Virus record (IMG/VR): IMGVR_UViG_3300036771_000090
Coordinates: 13,805-77,804 of that record
Length of the DNA: 64,000 nt
Strand: one strand, 5' to 3'
From: a virus
The position numbers were made by a program, and so were the translations under genes. Below, one piece after another: positions 61,875 through 64,000 of the stretch; within the stretch, counting starts at the first letter, position 1, and each line of letters starts with the position of its first letter. Under the pieces are notes generated by a model. The model made no database searches and was not told where the DNA came from. It saw only the letters and a program-made list of their open reading frames with translations.

Positions 61875-61962
61875 GTGTGCGGACCGGATTCGAACCGGTG
61901 ACCTCCCGTGCGCCCCCGAAAGGGTTCCGGATAGGGTGCTCTATCCCCTGAGCTACCGCACG
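61875..61962 (-). ncRNA. tRNA-like RNA with expanded anticodon domain
   Basis: Canonical D-arm (GCTC AGGGGATA GAGC) and T-arm (ACCGG TTCGAAT CCGGT); 32-nt anticodon domain with a UUCG hairpin. Confidence 0.65.
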
Positions 61963-62222
61963 CCACGTTTAACGCCCGCCGGCCTTCCGGAGGGACCAGG
62001 CGGACCTGGTGTCGCGGAAGTCTTCTCCGCCGGGAACCGGACCCGGCAGCCACCGTACCGAAAGGCCGGCGGGGGTCGTCCTGGTACGGCGGAAGTTCTG
62101 GACGGGACCTGGGGGTCCGTCCATAGCACGATGGTTGTTTCCCCAGGTCCCGACGATCGCCGTACCCTTCCGGGTGCGGCTTCTGCTGTGCAGCCTACCC
62201 GATTTAGTTAATTCGGTCCAGC

Positions 62223-64000
62223 CTAGAACGGAGGTTCCGCCAGTGCCTCCTTCCCGATGGCGATCAATGCCGCCAGCCGGGTCTCCGGCATCCCGGCCGC
62301 ACGCGCGGCGGCCACCGCGGCGCGCGCCTGCTCCGTGGTCGTGAGCGCCCGGAACCGCTGCTCCCAGGTGGGTTCCGCGGCCGGAGCCGGGGGCGCCTGG
62401 CGGACCGCTGCGGCGGTGGCCAGGCGGTGCTTGGCGTTCTCATAGAAGCCGTTGATCTTCTCCCGGGGCATCCCGGACGCCTGGGCCTGGCGGCACTGGT
62501 CCAGGAGTTCGTCCATCGTGGCCGCAGCGTCGAACCGGGCCTTCCAGGTGGGTGCCGGGCGTTCCTGCGGCGGCACTGCGGCCGGGCGGGGAGCAGGCGC
62601 CGCCGCGGGGGCGGGACGCTGCGGCCGGCGGCCGGGCTCCGCCATCGCGCTGTTGAACTGCCGGTTGAGTGCCAGCCGGATGTACTTGTTCAGGACGTCT
62701 TCAGGCATCCCGGCCGCACGCGCGGAACGGACCAGCTCCCGCAGGTCGTCCTTGGTCATCATGACGTCGAACCGGTCCTTCCACACCGGCTTCCCGGTCC
62801 CCTGCGCGACCGTGGAGCCGGCCGCCTTCGCGGTGGCCGCCAGGTTCTGCATCCCGGCGGCTGCCTCCTGCGACGTCGTACCGCCGTAGTGGCGGTCACC
62901 GGGCCGGATCGTCCGGGCCGGCGCTCCGGACTCCGCCGCGGTGGCCGGGTCCTGCGGCTCCGGCTCCCCGCAGTCGTCCACCGTGCAGAACGATCCGCTG
63001 TTGCCGTTGCCGTCGTCCGCGTACTCGAAACGATGGACGTGCCGGGGCACCCGCGCACCGGTGGCCGTCGCCAGATCCTCCCGCTGCTCCGGGCTCAGCC
63101 GGTCCAGGACGGTGCCGGCGCCGGTGACCGACGGGTGGCCGGTGGTGAGCTGGGCCGCGGTGGGACGGTCGTAGCCGGCGCCGGTCAGTGCCTTGTCCAC
63201 GATCGCTCCCACGGCCGCTCCGGTGAACGATGCCGGGCTGACCACGGTGGCGAAGTTCTTGACCTTCTGCCGGGTCTGGATCTGCTTGCAGAGCTGCGCG
63301 CCTTCCCAGCCGGCCTCCAGGTCCACCGCGTGCACCGTGCACGTGTGCTCCCCGTACGGAGCGTGCATGACCAGGCCGACGTCTTCGCGTACGGCGGGGA
63401 CCACCCAGTCCGTGCCGTCCAGCGCGCTCTGACCGGGGCGCCGCCAGGTCCAGGTGATCCCCTTGCCGGGGACCCGGACCGGGGTGGCCAGGCCGTGCGT
63501 GTTGATGCCGCGTGCGTACAGCGCCACCTGGATGGCGATCTCCGGCCAGGCGTACGACAGGTCCGCACCGGTCTTCACGTCCCCGACCACCCAGTCCCCC
63601 GCGTGCAGCTCCACCAGCTTGCCGCTGGGCAGCGTGACCGAGAAGTCCCGGGTGATCAGGTAAACCCGGTCGAAGGTGCCGGCCACACCCAGCTCCATCA
63701 CGACCGTGCCGCGCTCGATCAGGTACGGCACGGACTCCAGGCCGTACTCCGCGGCCTTGCCCAGGTAGGCGCTGACGTCCCCGCGGAACTCCTGGGGAAC
63801 GTCCGCGATGTCCTGGATACCGCCGTCGATCTTCTCCGTGTGACCGTGGAGGATGGTGCCCTTGCGGGCCCGGTCCTTCGCACCGGCGGCCATCTTGGCG
63901 TCTTCCACCACGCCGTTCAGGAAGTCGCGCCGGGTCTTGGCCAGCTCGAAGGGCGCCAGCCCCTCCTGGGCTCCTTCTTCCAGCACGGTGCGGACCTTGC
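62223..64000 (-). CDS. PD-(D/E)XK exonuclease (RecE/Cas4-like) with three C-terminal repeats; 5' end probably beyond the window
   Basis: KGTILH, IE, AGTFDR, GDVKTG, IQVALYA. Confidence 0.85.
   Translation of the reverse strand, partial: KVRTVLEEGAQEGLAPFELAKTRRDFLNGVVEDAKMAAGAKDRARKGTILHGHTEKIDGGIQDIADVPQEFRGDVSAYLGKAAEYGLESVPYLIERGTVVMELGVAGTFDRVYLITRDFSVTLPSGKLVELHAGDWVVGDVKTGADLSYAWPEIAIQVALYARGINTHGLATPVRVPGKGITWTWRRPGQSALDGTDWVVPAVREDVGLVMHAPYGEHTCTVHAVDLEAGWEGAQLCKQIQTRQKVKNFATVVSPASFTGAAVGAIVDKALTGAGYDRPTAAQLTTGHPSVTGAGTVLDRLSPEQREDLATATGARVPRHVHRFEYADDGNGNSGSFCTVDDCGEPEPQDPATAAESGAPARTIRPGDRHYGGTTSQEAAAGMQNLAATAKAAGSTVAQGTGKPVWKDRFDVMMTKDDLRELVRSARAAGMPEDVLNKYIRLALNRQFNSAMAEPGRRPQRPAPAAAPAPRPAAVPPQERPAPTWKARFDAAATMDELLDQCRQAQASGMPREKINGFYENAKHRLATAAAVRQAPPAPAAEPTWEQRFRALTTTEQARAAVAAARAAGMPETRLAALIAIGKEALAEPPF

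Larger units (their letters stand above)
1..64000. mobile_element. Actinobacteriophage (siphovirus-like) genome segment carrying a TraB conjugation module; prophage or plasmid-phage, boundaries not visible
   Basis: Terminase-portal-protease-capsid-tail-TMP-endolysin order on +, early-type small genes on -; no host housekeeping genes, integrase or att site seen. Confidence 0.93.

Noticed and set aside
35280-63663. Long + strand ORFs over the early arm (e.g. 45486-46964, 49388-50923)
   Set aside because: Shadow ORFs; only the RuvC-like gene has recognisable motifs on + here

Overview
The window is ~64 kb of a high-GC, Streptomyces-type tailed (siphovirus-like) phage genome. No integrase, att site or replicase is visible, so it could be a prophage, a plasmid-prophage or a free phage. 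The left arm (1-34.7 kb, + strand) holds an Rpf/LysM fragment, a papain-like protease, terminase, membrane proteins, portal, a 2H-phosphoesterase/MuF/protease fusion, capsid, tail, tape measure with a lytic transglycosylase, endolysin and a glycosyltransferase. The right arm (34.7-64 kb, mostly - strand) holds WhiB, Toprim, HTH and WYL regulators, three tRNAs plus several tRNA-like RNAs, a C5 DNA methyltransferase, a glycosylation cluster, RuvC, SSB-like and PD-(D/E)XK genes. The most striking feature is a Streptomyces mycelial-conjugation module at 48.4-53.2 kb (SpdB-like, TraA-like, TraB ATPase, a CTGACA-repeat clt locus and small Spd-like membrane genes). On one side of it is an array of about 70 GGACA motifs written through the spdB-like gene and its promoter. 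On the other side are seven repeated promoter cassettes, four of which drive paralogous proteins with a shared N-terminal module and variable C-terminal domains. Working model (inference): a phage that can also spread by hyphal conjugation and carries an establishment or anti-defence regulon next to its transfer locus. The genome also appears to lack several common 6-bp restriction palindromes. All calls were made by eye; no database searches were run.
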